Shown here in pieces: positions 49,001 through 61,561 of a stretch of 64,000 nucleotides of DNA. A program made the translations under genes and the position numbers. The notes beneath the pieces are model-generated. The model searched no databases, had not been told where the DNA came from, and was given only the letters and a program-made list of their open reading frames with translations. The stretch's first letter is position 1; every line of letters starts with the position of its first letter. Source of the stretch: Tubiluchus corallicola (Eukaryota; Animalia; Priapulida); assembly GCA_030141605.1 (NCBI GenBank), contig JAQGDQ010000029.1, positions 682,001-746,000 of the forward strand. The letters run 5' to 3'.

Positions 49001-52000
49001 TTGTTTAAGTTTTTAAAAAAGGATGTGATTGTCAGCAAAATGCAGGTTTTTTAGAAACGCAAGCTTTTGTTTTAATGAAGTAGGCGTAGACTTGCATGAC
49101 GTAAACTTCAAAAATTACACTGCAGTGTGACAAACTTGTTTGCGAGGCCATATCACGTGAAGTAAGGTTGTGGTACATCAATGCACCAGATTAAAAATCT
49201 TAATGCAAAATATTGTAAGGCAAACATGGTGACAATTGTCATTTAGAAAAATATCAACCGCTCTGTGATCAAACTGGCTGCTGCAAATTATTTAAAATGT
49301 TTGACACGATATTTTAATTAGCATAAAAGACAGGCAAAAAAACAGAGTTTCACATTTTGTCAACCTCTTTCATGTCAAATGGAAGAAAGAAGTTGAACTA
49401 CCGCAGCCATCCATAAATCTTGGTCTACAGCCTTTCTCTACTCGTTGTCCGTTCATGCCTTTTCCACCATCTGTTTCTTGTTGCCGTGCAAGACGTTGTC
49501 CACTCGGTCAGCTTGATTTGCTGCGATAAAGTCAGGTATATAAATGGATGGGCGGGGGATAAGCCCCTGCATGTGCGGACGAAGTTGCTGCTGCAACCCC
49601 CAATCGAAAACTTTGGCCCTCTCCATGGCATCGGCTAAATTCATCGAGGAAATATCCCAGCCTAAACGTAGAATGATCCACTCTCTTAACACCCAACATT
49701 ATTACTCATTAAATCCTTACCAACACGAATAGATAAAAAGTCACTACTTAGAAACCTACTGATCTCTATAGCTGCTCTAATTAGCATGTACTATGTTTAT
49801 TAATAATCAACATAATTATGTTTACTATACCCACCTCTCATCAATTGCAGCTCAGTAAAAGTATAACACAAAAGTAACACGATTAGTTTAAAGATTTTAA
49901 CAATCAAGAAAGTGTTTCTTCATGTCTGAAAGCCTTCGTTTTCAGTTTTTACTAAAAAAATTTTAGTAGCTTATCTCTAGCCTGGAAAATGTGGTCTGAC
50001 TGCTTTCTGTCTGGAAGAATGCATTTAGTTTCATTTACATACTACACATTAAAATGTACTGCCGAGAAAGGGGTACATTCAATTTTTCACTGCATTAGCA
50101 AAAGTGTTTACTAATTGACCAGCAATTTGCAATCTATAAACTCTTGGCTATAACAGTAAAAACAGAAAACCAAGTTTTTCAGTTACGTATTAAAAGACAA
50201 AATGCAAATCTTTGTTTTTGTACAAATTAGATGATATCAAATTTATATTGTAAACTACGTAAAAAAATTTCCAGCAGGCTGTTGAAATAAGCATGACGTC
50301 AAAAGCCGTTTAGACAAAGTTCTACCCTTTCACTTTTATAGGCTGCAGTGTTAATATTACAAACCAAAGTGCATGGAAACCCAAATTTTGCACAGCACTT
50401 TGCAAATTAAAAGTGAACTTATGTATAGAATGGATGTTTCTTAATTGTTAGAAATTTTTGCAATACCATGTTCTCTCAAATAAGCTCATACAGAATATAA
50501 TTTTATAGAAATCTTTGGAGTATTTTAAGAAAATTTTTATACATTACAAATTTTCAGAATATGAATGGCTCTACAGATAATCAGATATTCGTATTTTTTG
50601 AGAGTTTCCGGCTTTTGCGGTTTTCTTGTTTTGTGAAACAAATTCTAATATTTTATGTAATGCAGAAAAAAGTTGCACTTTAATCATGCCTACAGACAAA
50701 TCTATGCCTTACCATCAAAGACAATGTCGTTTGGCTCTACCATCGGCAGCAGATGTTTCAAGGGTGCAAACACCTCTCCACCATTCTGATCCATCCCAAG
50801 ACTGACTGTACTAGCTTGAGTTAAAGATCCATAGTAATTGGCATGTTGTACGCCCTATTTAAATAAAATGGAAGCCAACTCTAACCATGAACTGCTAAGT
50901 TTACAGAAAGTATTTTATTTATAATGTAATTAAACTAAGTAAGATAAAAGATCAGTTAATAAGGTGAATTTTTTTTACTGTGGGCTTTTGTTAACGAAAA
51001 GAGAGATAAAAATAGGGAACTTTAGTATTTGGGTATATATTAGAGTGTAGCTATGAAGTGCACCATAAGGCAGCATAATCATACAGTATATTCTAAAATG
51101 ACATGAAGATAAACGAAGGATACATGCCATTTGTGTAATTATAAATTGCTGAATTTCTAACTTAATCACAATCATTCGGTTTAAATTAGCCAGCTAACTT
51201 CATTGGACCAATTGAGGTTTTTAAAACATCACTGACCCATTCATCTCAATGATTTCTCACAAATTTTTGAATGTCTATCATCCTCAATGATCTATGAACA
51301 TGGTAAGTAAATACACAAAGCTGCTGTTCACATACATCTTTTGTATTCCACTTCAGATCCAACTTGTTTGCGATGACAGCACCAGTCACTGTGGTTCCAT
51401 TGTTGCCACCCCATCCAACTAGCATTACACCCAATTTGGGAACATTCAAGTCAGTCCTAAGAAATTAGTAATAACATGTGTAACATTAAAATTTGAAAAC
51501 TAAATAATGAACAAGATAGATGACTTAATCTAGATTTTTTGCACATTTTTCTAAGTTTAGATGATTGCAGCAAAATAAACCAAATGTGCTAAATGACGTG
51601 TACTTTCCTTTAAAGTTACCATAGATATTCACATTTCTTTCTAATGGGTATGGTCAGTGTGGTGCAAGTTAAAATTCTCTGGTGCAGTGCTGCCTAACTT
51701 TTTTATAATACACTTGCAAATGCATTTATAATGCACTTGTAAACTGCGCCAGTCCGCTGCATAGAAACTATGTAGAACATGCCATATAAATTATAGCAGT
51801 TACCTACTAATGCAAGATAGTCTAGAAACATGTTAACTAAAGTCTGACCGTTTGCAGTGCGTTATTATCTAAAAATTGGAGTAAAAAAATTTTCTTAATG
51901 TTGCCTAATGAGCTGCTCTGTCACATACCTAAATGTGTACTTTGTTGTTACTGGTGTCACGGCAAATCGCCCTTGCTCTTTGCGGACATGGGTTGTCTTG

Positions 52001-52077
52001 TATTCATATTCACTGATGACACAACCGTCACTGGTATAGTGCACGTTTGGACTGTGCACTTTGATATTAGTTGTCAT
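45516..52077 (-). CDS. ISYNA1: Inositol-3-phosphate synthase (myo-inositol-1-phosphate synthase), 8 coding exons, 560 aa
   Basis: Signature motifs [55 protein letters not shown]; exon lengths sum to 1683 nt (in frame). Confidence 0.97.
46267..46416 (-). CDS. ISYNA1: ISYNA1 coding exon 7
   Basis: [25 protein letters not shown]...[14 protein letters not shown]|GTATGT. Confidence 0.95.
46666..46867 (-). CDS. ISYNA1: ISYNA1 coding exon 6
   Basis: [15 protein letters not shown]...[10 protein letters not shown]...[10 protein letters not shown]|GTTGGC. Confidence 0.95.
47843..48043 (-). CDS. ISYNA1: ISYNA1 coding exon 5
   Basis: [29 protein letters not shown]...[14 protein letters not shown]|GTAGGT. 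Confidence 0.95.
48902..48931. repeat. Two-copy 15-bp tandem repeat
   Basis: CATGGAAATGGTATC twice. Confidence 0.9.
49459..49661 (-). CDS. ISYNA1: ISYNA1 coding exon 4 (ends at GC donor)
   Basis: [20 protein letters not shown]...[25 protein letters not shown]|GCATGA. Confidence 0.9.
50713..50854 (-). CDS. ISYNA1: ISYNA1 coding exon 3
   Basis: [20 protein letters not shown]...[14 protein letters not shown]|GTAAGG. Confidence 0.95.
51336..51456 (-). CDS. ISYNA1: ISYNA1 coding exon 2
   Basis: [41 protein letters not shown]|GTATGT. Confidence 0.95.
51929..52077 (-). CDS. ISYNA1: ISYNA1 coding exon 1
   Basis: [15 protein letters not shown]...[12 protein letters not shown]|GTATGT; acceptor 10 nt upstream of the ATG. 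Confidence 0.9.
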
Positions 52078-52289
52078 GCTACTTTATCTAAAAGATAACA
52101 CAGACTGCCAGTAACAAACAGATTTTACACAGAAGCAAACCTTAAAAAAACGTAGACCATAGCAATACTTTTATCGTGGTTCACTGAAACTTTCCCAAAG
52201 GCAAATGGAAAATTTTGCTAGCATTTGATGCAATTACCTAGTTCTAAAAAGGAATAGGACTGGGTCTGGATTGTGATGGGAATCTTCAA

Positions 52290-52390
52290 ATGGCTGGTTG
52301 AGTTAGTCAGCTATTGAAATAGAATGCTAATCTTAATCATAATGCTAAGATGCTTTAGTTACTAAGGGTGTTGGGTTCGTCCCCAAGCAA
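52290..52390 (+). mobile_element. tRNA-derived SINE-like head remnant in ISYNA1 intron
   Basis: A-box-like TGGTTGAGTTAG and B-box-like GGGTTCGTCCCC. Confidence 0.28.
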
Positions 52391-52527
52391 TCTAATTTGG
52401 ATCCAGGCTCAGTTCTGGTCTTTCTATATTTTCTTTTTTTCAGCCGAACTTGTCGGATTTCAAATCTTCAGTAAATGTGGCACTTATTCTAGCTATCAAA
52501 ATCTCAAAATTGATGTTACATACATGC

Positions 52528-52546
52528 AGACACACATGCACGCACG

Positions 52547-52628
<82 letters not shown>
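52528..52628. repeat. (CA)n microsatellite preceded by (CACG)n
   Basis: Direct reading. Confidence 0.98.
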
Positions 52629-52630
<2 letters not shown>

Positions 52631-52707
52631 TTAATATATTATGTTCATAAACTTGTAGCTTTATTTATGTACCCACACAAAAAATAGTCTAGAAGCGTGA
52701 AACTTAC

Positions 52708-52784
52708 CTTACAATTTAATAAATAAATATTTTCTCAAGATCTTCAAGACTTAATGTGTATGAAATACCCGTAATTTGATAGAT
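52708..52784 (-). other. ISYNA1: Putative non-coding 5'UTR exon of ISYNA1
   Basis: Minus-strand acceptor tttattttttacAG and strong donor AAG|GTAAGT; the ATG exon begins at an acceptor, so upstream UTR exon(s) are required. Confidence 0.5.
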
Positions 52785-54771
52785 CTGTAAAAAATAAACC
52801 AAAGGTACAATATGACATTGCTACACAATCCAAACAAGAAACAATGTTACAAAACTGGTACCAATGTATTTCATCTACATAACATACTTATCATCACCTG
52901 TAATTTAAGCATAATTGTTAAAAGTAATAGTATATCATTAGTTGTTACAGAGTTTATTGTTACAGCCCTTTTTATTTCTACTGACTACAGTGACATGAAA
53001 ATATAACTAGAAGCAAGTGGATAAGTACAGTTGCAAGGGAAGTAGAAATTCAGAAAATTGTAGAATTCTTTGAATTTTTACATCTTTTATAAAGTTTGTT
53101 TGGATTATTCTAATTTCTGTTTGCAAGCATGTTTTGTAGACCTACGCAGAACCTTTACTTTGGATTGTCATTTTTATGAATCGAAATTATTCCTACCAAC
53201 TTCCAAAACTGCAGAGCGGGGCCTAACTCTTCCAAATTGCCGTTAATGCCAACTGATGTTAAGAATCAACGTATAGACGTACTGCCCCAAGACTTGGTGG
53301 CTTCAATACTGTTAGCGCATGCATCTTGGTGTTCTGCTACGGGCGAGGCCACACACACTTGCGGTTGGCCGCTGGTAGCTGTGGCTTCATCAAGCGAGTT
53401 TTCTCTCAGATTCAGTATTGTGTCATACACGTACGTCATACATTGATGATATAAAGTAATTGTAACCATGCAAAAAATCTAGGCCTATGTTTCCGCAGCA
53501 AGATGCAGTGAACCAAATAATTTGGTTTAAGCATCCGTATATAAAGGCAATCACTTACTATAATGATGATAATGTAATCATAAGGGTTTTGACCAAGCAG
53601 ACGTCGTACGTACTGTACCAATTAAGACTCAATTTCAGCCTCGCTTTATAAAAGTTACATTGTTACAATGAAAAGGTATAATAATAAAAAAATAGCCTGA
53701 AAATAAAGACTCGCAATCGCCAATTAATTGAACACATTTCGTTTTTCCAGAACTTGGCAGTAGCGCGTCGGATCACGATTCAAATAATTATCACTAAATC
53801 ACAGCAGGATTTAAACAGACTTCATTTACTGTCACAACAAGCTGATGCACTGCTAAGCTACAACATAGCCTACAGATGTGGATATGAGTCAAACAAATAC
53901 TTGACAAATGTTTAATTGCCTAGCTTCATCCTCTTCAGAATTAATCTAACGTACCAAGACATGAACGCCTCAGAAAAATTAGAAAGCAAAACATAGTAAC
54001 ACGTGTTAATACTGTATTTTATAAACATAAAATTATGCGTGAAGAAGTATGATGAACAATGAACAATGGCAAGCCGCGAGACACATTCTAAAAAATGTGT
54101 AATGTACAGCAGCAACAGGCCAACATGCGCTTTTTTCCTTCTTAATATCAGCTGCTAATAGCAAACCTGAATAGGAACTATACCAAGGAAATATTGTGTT
54201 ACCAGATGAACTTGATTAACTGTGAAATGCCATCGCTAATTAACCAAGATCACGCAATTTTGATCCATAGCATTTTGCAAAAAAGTACAATAAACACAAT
54301 TACATACATTACTACAACAAGACTCTTAATAACTTTCGAGATTTTTTATAATCATTATATTCCATTATATTTATATTTCATTAGAATTGGATGATGTTAA
54401 GTTCAACAATAATAATAAATTGATAATCCAAAAAATTCTACATTTAATATGCAATTATTTGGCTGACCGCTGGGCCACATTTCGCTGTTTAACATGCAAT
54501 TGTCAATAAGGGTCACGTGTAAACTTCATGAAAAAGACACACTAACTATATAGCCATAAAATTATTGCAGTTATATACTTGACATTTTGGTAACACAGAC
54601 TAACAGCAAAGCGTGAAGCATTTTCCAGCCTAAAAATACACAAACTAGTCAGTAAATAAATTATACTAACAATTTGATTAAATACTTTATTGAAAACGTT
54701 TGAAATTTCAAATTGTAGTCTGAAATTTAATAAAAAAAATCTTCATCAACTCGGTTGCTTATACCACTTAC

Positions 54772-54925
54772 CGCTGCAATTATTATTATCACAGAAGTTT
54801 GTCGGCACTCGGCAAGTAGGCCTATAAGTTGTCTATGCTGGTATTTGTGCTTTTAATAGACGTTATAATCGGTTTCTGGCCAGTTTCACGTTTATACACT
54901 TCCGACTGCGGAAGACTGGAAGGTT
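54772..54925 (-). other. ISYNA1: Putative first (non-coding) exon of ISYNA1
   Basis: Donor GCG|GTAAGT at 54771 lies downstream of a minus-strand TATAAAA; TSS position approximate. Confidence 0.4.
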
Positions 54926-55105
54926 CTCGAAGCCGGGTGATATCGATTTTATAGCAAGCAGTTACGTCACGTGATTTTTAGACAGATTATAATATCACGT
55001 GAGGCAGAACGTTCTGGGCTCTCATAAACGCGAAACTTTGCTCCCAGCTGCCAGCATGTTCTATTTTTGGTGAGACGCGGTATCTCTTGGTCTGTGCACG
55101 TGGTC
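54910..55105 (-). promoter_or_regulatory. Putative ISYNA1 core/proximal promoter: TATA plus three CACGTG E-boxes and a CRE-like site
   Basis: TATAAAA on minus strand at 54947-54953; CACGTG at 54968, 54996 and 55097; TTACGTCA at 54962; locally CpG-rich. Confidence 0.5.
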
Positions 55106-56684
55106 GACATAACTCAAAAAATATATTAACAGCTGCACGGTACGTGTCCTTGAAGCGATACAGATCCCAGATTCATCGTCTAGTCTACAGGGTTCTAGGG
55201 TCGTCGGTGCTGCAGACTCCGGTGGTATTTTTAATTATGCCATCTAACCACTATTAATGATGCTTTTCTAACTTTCTGAACAGCGGGAACTCCGGCATTT
55301 TATGTAAAGCTTTGACAGAATTTTGGGGTTCTAAGCCATCTAAAAACTAAGCAAACTTCAAGGATTCTTAAAATTTCAGAGTGTTCAACGACAATGGATG
55401 GAAAGCTCCACTGTTTGAACACTGCTTTTTATTATGTTGCTCTGGATAAAACTTGTTACAAGAAAGACAATGTAAAGAAAGATAAAAGTCAAAATACAAT
55501 AGCTAAAAAGGCAATGGATAAAAATATCAAACATACAATGTACAAGGTGTATCAAAGCCAAGAGGCAAAAGTAAAAATAAAGCAAAGGTAAAAAAGACAA
55601 AAGTAAAAAAGCGATCCAGGTAAAAATAAAATAAAGATACTAACATAAGCATGAGTTAATCAGTTTCGGACTTCATGGCTAACACGTAGCTTAAATTACT
55701 AGCTTGCTTATAGGCAAACTTAATTTCTGGGTAATCATCAGCGGTTATTGTTGACGGTGTTCACTTAATCACTCGTGTTGGTACTATTAAGTACTAAAGC
55801 CCGAACTATTAAGTCAGTATGGTATAGAACAAGAAAATCTTATCTTTCTTCTTCTGCCACTTAATTTATTTTGAGCTCGGATAATTTGAGCTTAAAATTT
55901 GTGAGATAAACTGAATGAAATACAAAATACAGTTCATTGGAATCAGTATCATTACACAGAGTCGATAACTATGTTATATTTTAGTACCTCGATAGTACAA
56001 TAACAGCATAAAAACAGAAATTAAATTAAGTTGCAATTATGATTCTGCAGAAGCTGCATGAAAACCAACAGAACTTCTTCAAATATTCTGGCATTTTGAC
56101 AGAAGTGTAAAGATCTACAGCATCAGTTTAACTGATAATTCATATTTCAATTCTTGTAATAGTCTAACTGTCCAAATGCAAAAACAGTCAGTTCGAACTG
56201 CAGACCTCATTCAGTACATAGTAAGTAAAATGCACACATAAAGGCGAAGAAGCTGCTACAACAAGTCGTCAAAATGGGCAAAAATGCCAGTGAGTGAATT
56301 TAGTCCCTATTATTCGTAACAACGTTGTTACCTGTGTTATTTATTTGTGGGCGTTTCGGTGTTGTTGTATTCGTTAAGTGTCGCTTATAGTAGTCTATAG
56401 CTAATGGTGTCGTTTGTCCCAGACTCCAGCGACTGTAAATAAGTGCCTTTGTCCTTTTTTGTCCTTTTTATAAGTTATGAACATTTAATAGTACAGAATT
56501 CGGTTTTATGTAAAAGTAACCTAATTCTGTGTATAATGTAGTTAGTTTTTTACATAGCGTTTTATACCACAATACAATATTCAACGGCAGGCCTCCTCGA
56601 TGCGATATTCCCACACATTCCTACACATTCAAATACATACATTCTCCCAATGAGGTAAAAAATAGAATCAATGTAGTGAATGAA

Positions 56685-56750
56685 ACGGCAAGAGCGAGTA
56701 TCGAACCCAGGCAGTCCTTTCACACAAGGCGCATTTCCAACCGTTTCTAA
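56685..56750 (-). mobile_element. tRNA-derived SINE-like head remnant
   Basis: Minus strand CCTGGGTTCGATACTC B-box-like motif; no intact cloverleaf. Confidence 0.3.
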
Positions 56751-59626
56751 TATGTTCCCGTTGCACACGAGGCAAAATCGATCTATATGCACTATACAAC
56801 AACTTGTGCAACAAAGATTTTTTTTCCATGCTCGACAAAACGTTGTTTTTTTTAACTTCGTCGCACACTTTCATTTTTCTTAAACGTGCTTAAATTTCTG
56901 TCGCGTACAAACTCATGCTGCTCCCGAGCACATTTAAATTGACAACATGCAGAACTATATCAAACCATTAAGGAGCAATCGTTTTGTCAGGCGTCATTGT
57001 TTTAATAAATGTTTAATGTTGTTACGGTTGCCATACAATTTACAAAAGACGCGTCATGCAAAGGTTGCCGTGTGCGCGCAAATTTTGTGCGAGTTGGTAT
57101 GCCACCCATTTGCTGCCTATAGATTTTTTAAGATGACTAATATAAAAATTAAATCAAAAACCGCTATATTATGGGCTAAAAATCTTTTTCCAGTTTTGGT
57201 AACGTTTTACAAAAATCTCAAGTTACATGCCAGTGCGATTACGATTGCTGTCTTTAACAAAAAAAAGAATCATCTTCGGGACCTTGGAAATAAATAGAGA
57301 AAGTATTTGAAAAACGTCTGTGCGTGTGTTATCCATCAAATTGGCGCCAGGAATCCTGTGTTTTAATTTTTTAGGCTTCTTAGTAGTAATCCACAAGTTT
57401 TACTTTCAGTTAATGCGAAGTTTTACAGAGCAGTGTTTGCAAAAAAAGTACATGCACGTCTGTAAAAGAAATTACAAACAGATTTGATTCTAAGCGCAAG
57501 ACTTGCTTTTTTGAAAGTTGTACCGACAGGCATAGCGGTATCCTATTTTGTTTGAGAATCTAATCTAAATTCTTTTACTTCTCTATGCCAATTTAAGTTA
57601 GAGTTAGTTGCTCTTTTAGAAGTTGTCTTGCGAATGTACTGAAAATAATTAACTAGCAAGAAATACAATATAAAAACAACTTCGACTATTGAAAGGTAAA
57701 AAGGGTAATTCATAATTCATTAGTAAGTTGTAACGGTGACTCGGCATTAATTAATCAGGTACAAATTTTTGATTTGTATTGAAATCATCGTAAGGCAAAT
57801 TTCTGTCTGATGGTGACTTAAATCGAAAATTTCCACCCAAACTCACTGCATTGGATTTTGCATTAACTAACATTGGTTAACAGACCTAATAAATTATGAA
57901 TTTAGTTGGAGTTGCGTTCTGTATTATTTGAAGATTTCGAGTAGTAGAGATTTTTATTGGCGAGAAGATTAGTCATTAATAACTCAAATCTTGTCCCCAG
58001 AATCATAGCTCTTTTCACCACTCATAGCGGAATGAAAAAGGCATCGAAAAAGAGAAAAATATCTTGTAATAACGACGTTGCCCGTGAAATAGTTTCAAAT
58101 ATATGTTAATGCTAATTAATTAACACACGTCCAAGGGCAAAATTTAAAGACTACTAAAATTGCTTTTGCTATAATAATTTCCGCACTTCGTGTCTAACCG
58201 TGAATTCTAGCATCATTACGTCATTCGAACTTTAATATTGAATAGTTGGAACACGTTGTTGTTGCTTTAAATGTGTAAGCATGTAGTGTTGCGTTCAGTT
58301 AATGTTATTATTAAATTAATATTATTAGTAGTGTATCACATGCATTAGTATTACATTAGCAGTATTATGCTGTCGGTCAATGTTGTAAATTGCATAACAT
58401 CTAGGTGCAACTGTCTGAAAATAATGAGCGAACATAATAATTATTTATTGGGCATCTTTGTGCTCTTTGTTTCGTGTTGAGTCTCTCCGTAAAACTGTCA
58501 GAATGGTTGTAACCCGACGCACATGATTAAAGGCAACCTTTGTACCAAAATATGAGTCTACCTGAGTACATGGGCAGAGTCTACAAACTGCTGCAGTTAA
58601 GTGTACTTGATAATTCCAAGTTATTGGCATAGTGCGCCATTATAACGTCGTTGCGAAAATTTTATATTGGTACGTAATACGTGAAGTTATTTTTTACTGG
58701 CAACCGTTATTAAACTTTGGATTATATGGTGGTAATCGTATCACGACTCGCATGTAATGGTTTTCGACCTTGGGTAACATTTATCAATTATTGTTGAGTG
58801 ACTTTAGTAACTGAGCACTGTATTGTATAACGTAACATCTTTTATACAGTGTTCACGTAAACTATTATGTACTTTTGCACCATACGAGCTCAGTAGCAGG
58901 ACCTACCCCATGTTGATGGTTGTGACGGCACCGGAACCTATTACATTATCAAGGATCATCATCATTTTAATGAGACACTGGACTGGCAGAGGTATCTCAG
59001 CCACGTTTGGATGTGCAAACTATTTATTATTTATGAGACGCCCAGCGCTCATTGACAAGGCCTACTCAATGTAGACAGTTGAGGGGTGATCGGAACCTAT
59101 TACATTTTCAAGATTTTCATCTAATATAAGACACTGGAACCCGCTCTCAATTTCAATACAAAGTCATATGTTCTCGTTCTCGTAATATAGCGCAAAACTA
59201 CTTTGACCAGTAACTAATAAACGACGACACTAGATTTGCAGCTAATAAAAATTCCGAATTGTTGTAGTATTTTCGCAGCAATAAATAATGTCACTGTGAC
59301 TCTTAAAGCCATTTGTAGCTTTGTGTGTGTTTAGTATACATAAACTACTATGTAGATTATTAGTCAGAAACATTTATGCATTTGTACAGACAGCTGTTGT
59401 TCAGGTTCAAATTGTGTTAGTGAATGTTACACATAGTATTTAAATAGTCAAGTTCACGTGTTTTCTGACTGTAACATAAGCAGCGAAAGCAGTGTTTCGC
59501 TCTCGGTCTCCCCAAGTACTTGTACGGCAATAATTACTGATGCTTAACTTTTACAGGTTTACTTAAAGACAGATTATAACATAAACATGCCGGTTATACC
59601 TAGTGGTTAAAACATCCTAGACAAAA

Positions 59627-60304
59627 ATGAGCTACACAATTGACAAGAATGGACGCTACCGCCATGACCCGACCTCCAGCAGTCATTCGGGATCGAACGC
59701 TTACAGGGAAGGGCTTCAACGGGAACTTTTCGAGATGTCCCAAGCAAGTGGCATTGACACGGAACAGAGTGCAGAGCCAACCACGGTCATGCCTCATGTC
59801 CCTACCTGTATAGTTTGTGTTTTGCACCTGGTGTTTGGACCTATCTTGATTGTAACAGACGCGTCCATATTTGTTGCTGATGTCGCCCAGCACTGGTATG
59901 ACATCACGGTCAATATCGGCGGTGTCATTGTTGGTATCGTGGCCATCATGTCTGCCATTTCTGGTTTCATTTCACTTCTGAACAGCGGAAAAGCAACGAC
60001 TAATGGGTTCTTTGTGATGATGAACATCATCATCATTGTCGCTTGCTGTTCAGTGATGATCATAGCCCCCTTGAACATCTGGAACCTTACAAAAGAAAGA
60101 GGCTACGCGCAGACGTGCATTAATAATGAGGGACAGGAAGACATTAATTGTCAGGAGATCGGTACACTGGTGTTAGTCACGTCCTACGTTGCCGTTGGTG
60201 TGGCAGTTCTAGAGACGATCGTTGCCATTTGGTCGGTGGTAATGGGAATGATAAAGACTTGGTGCAGTTCATGTTCTGAGATTTGCTGCAGTTGCTGTTC
60301 TTAG
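59627..60304 (+). CDS. Intronless four-transmembrane MS4A/CD20-like membrane protein, 225 aa, Cys-rich tail
   Basis: Long ORF with four hydrophobic segments, two Cys in the TM3-TM4 loop, LETIVAIWS resembling MS4A TM4 (LE..IA) and tail CSSCSEICCSCCS; acceptor ttaacttttacAG at 59555-56. Family assignment is from pattern memory only. Confidence 0.72.
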   Translation: MSYTIDKNGRYRHDPTSSSHSGSNAYREGLQRELFEMSQASGIDTEQSAEPTTVMPHVPTCIVCVLHLVFGPILIVTDASIFVADVAQHWYDITVNIGGVIVGIVAIMSAISGFISLLNSGKATTNGFFVMMNIIIIVACCSVMIIAPLNIWNLTKERGYAQTCINNEGQEDINCQEIGTLVLVTSYVAVGVAVLETIVAIWSVVMGMIKTWCSSCSEICCSCCS

Positions 60305-61109
60305 CTTTGGTGTGCATCAAACCTTGCTTATAAAAAAAGCATGTTCTGTCCCTTCTGTAGGAATCTGTGTGAAATAGTTTTCACATTCATATTTTACAAG
60401 GAGCCCTGTGCACCACAATGATCCATCTCAGATGATTTAGCAGGAATAGCTCGAGTACTATGATAGCATAACCAGAAAATATTAAATACTCTGCAGTAAG
60501 GCACAAGGCATACAAAACCCTGACAAGTGTCACATGTTTAATTATAATGTTTCCATTATGCTGGACTAATGATCGCGTTTAGCCATGCGACTGTATCTTT
60601 AGTACCAGAAGGGAGCTACTTTTTATCACTTAAATCTAAATTGAAAAATTTATTGTTGTATGTTGAAGTTAGCTGTCATCACATATTTATTATCAAGTAA
60701 TCTGAGTTTCAGCATTTCAATTGTAATTGTGTTTTGTCAAAACAGAACTGTTTTAAGGACAACCATTATACGAACTATAACCAATATCGAGTGCGTATAA
60801 TAGACAGGAACGGATCAGATCAATACTCACTAAATATGAAAATTAATATATTTTAAAAGAAAGTACGTCCTTGAGAAAACGCACGATTCAATACGTATTG
60901 AAAACTAAGCTCTCCATCAAGAAATTAATTATTATTCTTCACTGTTTTCTTTTCTGTGTTCAGTAGTATATGTGTAGATGTTTGTGTCTGGTCATTTGTA
61001 AGCTTTAATCTCCACCTGACCACAAAGAAACAACGCTACACGGATATGGGATGCAAACTGAGTGGTGTTTCAAATGACCAAATGTAAAATGTAATTTTTG
61101 GACAGCAAG

Positions 61110-61205
61110 CAGGGCCCGGATCATGGCCTTTTGCGGCCCCTAGGCTAATGGAATTAGCTAATGGAACGGGATGGATGGAGCCATCCTCTAACTTGCCCCC
61201 ATCCG
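61110..61205. mobile_element. Possible hAT/MITE terminal remnant
   Basis: GC-rich island starting CAGGGCCCGGATC...GCGGCCCCTAGGC in AT-rich DNA; no matching second TIR found. Confidence 0.3.
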
Positions 61206-61561
61206 TCTTGTATATTTTTGACCCGTGATAATAGTTGTTATCTTTTAGCGACATTTACATAGCTTGAAGTAAACTTATTGCAAATTCTTTAAATAAACTA
61301 GAACAGCTATTTTTTGTTTGTCAATAAAAATATTCTTTAAGGAATACCACTGCTTTACTATTTAGTGCCAACCAGATTAGCACATAATTATTATTTCAAC
61401 ACAAAAAACTGATTTTTACCAAATGTTAACAGTTTGAGGTTCCCTAAACTACAGCCTATACTAGCCTATAGAATAATCCATTCTTGGCCATACTACACTT
61501 AGAAATACAGTTAATGTATAAAATAGTTCATTATTTCATTTACACACAGTATTTTATAATT

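Noticed and set aside
46666-49661. Three consecutive ISYNA1 exons of 203, 201 and 202 nt
   Set aside because: No internal sequence similarity between them; coincidence
52368-52650. HT/CV-repeat ORFs
   Set aside because: Translations of the (CA)n microsatellite
55385-55600. Lys-rich and hydrophobic overlapping ORFs
   Set aside because: A-rich low-complexity sequence with no domain or splice support
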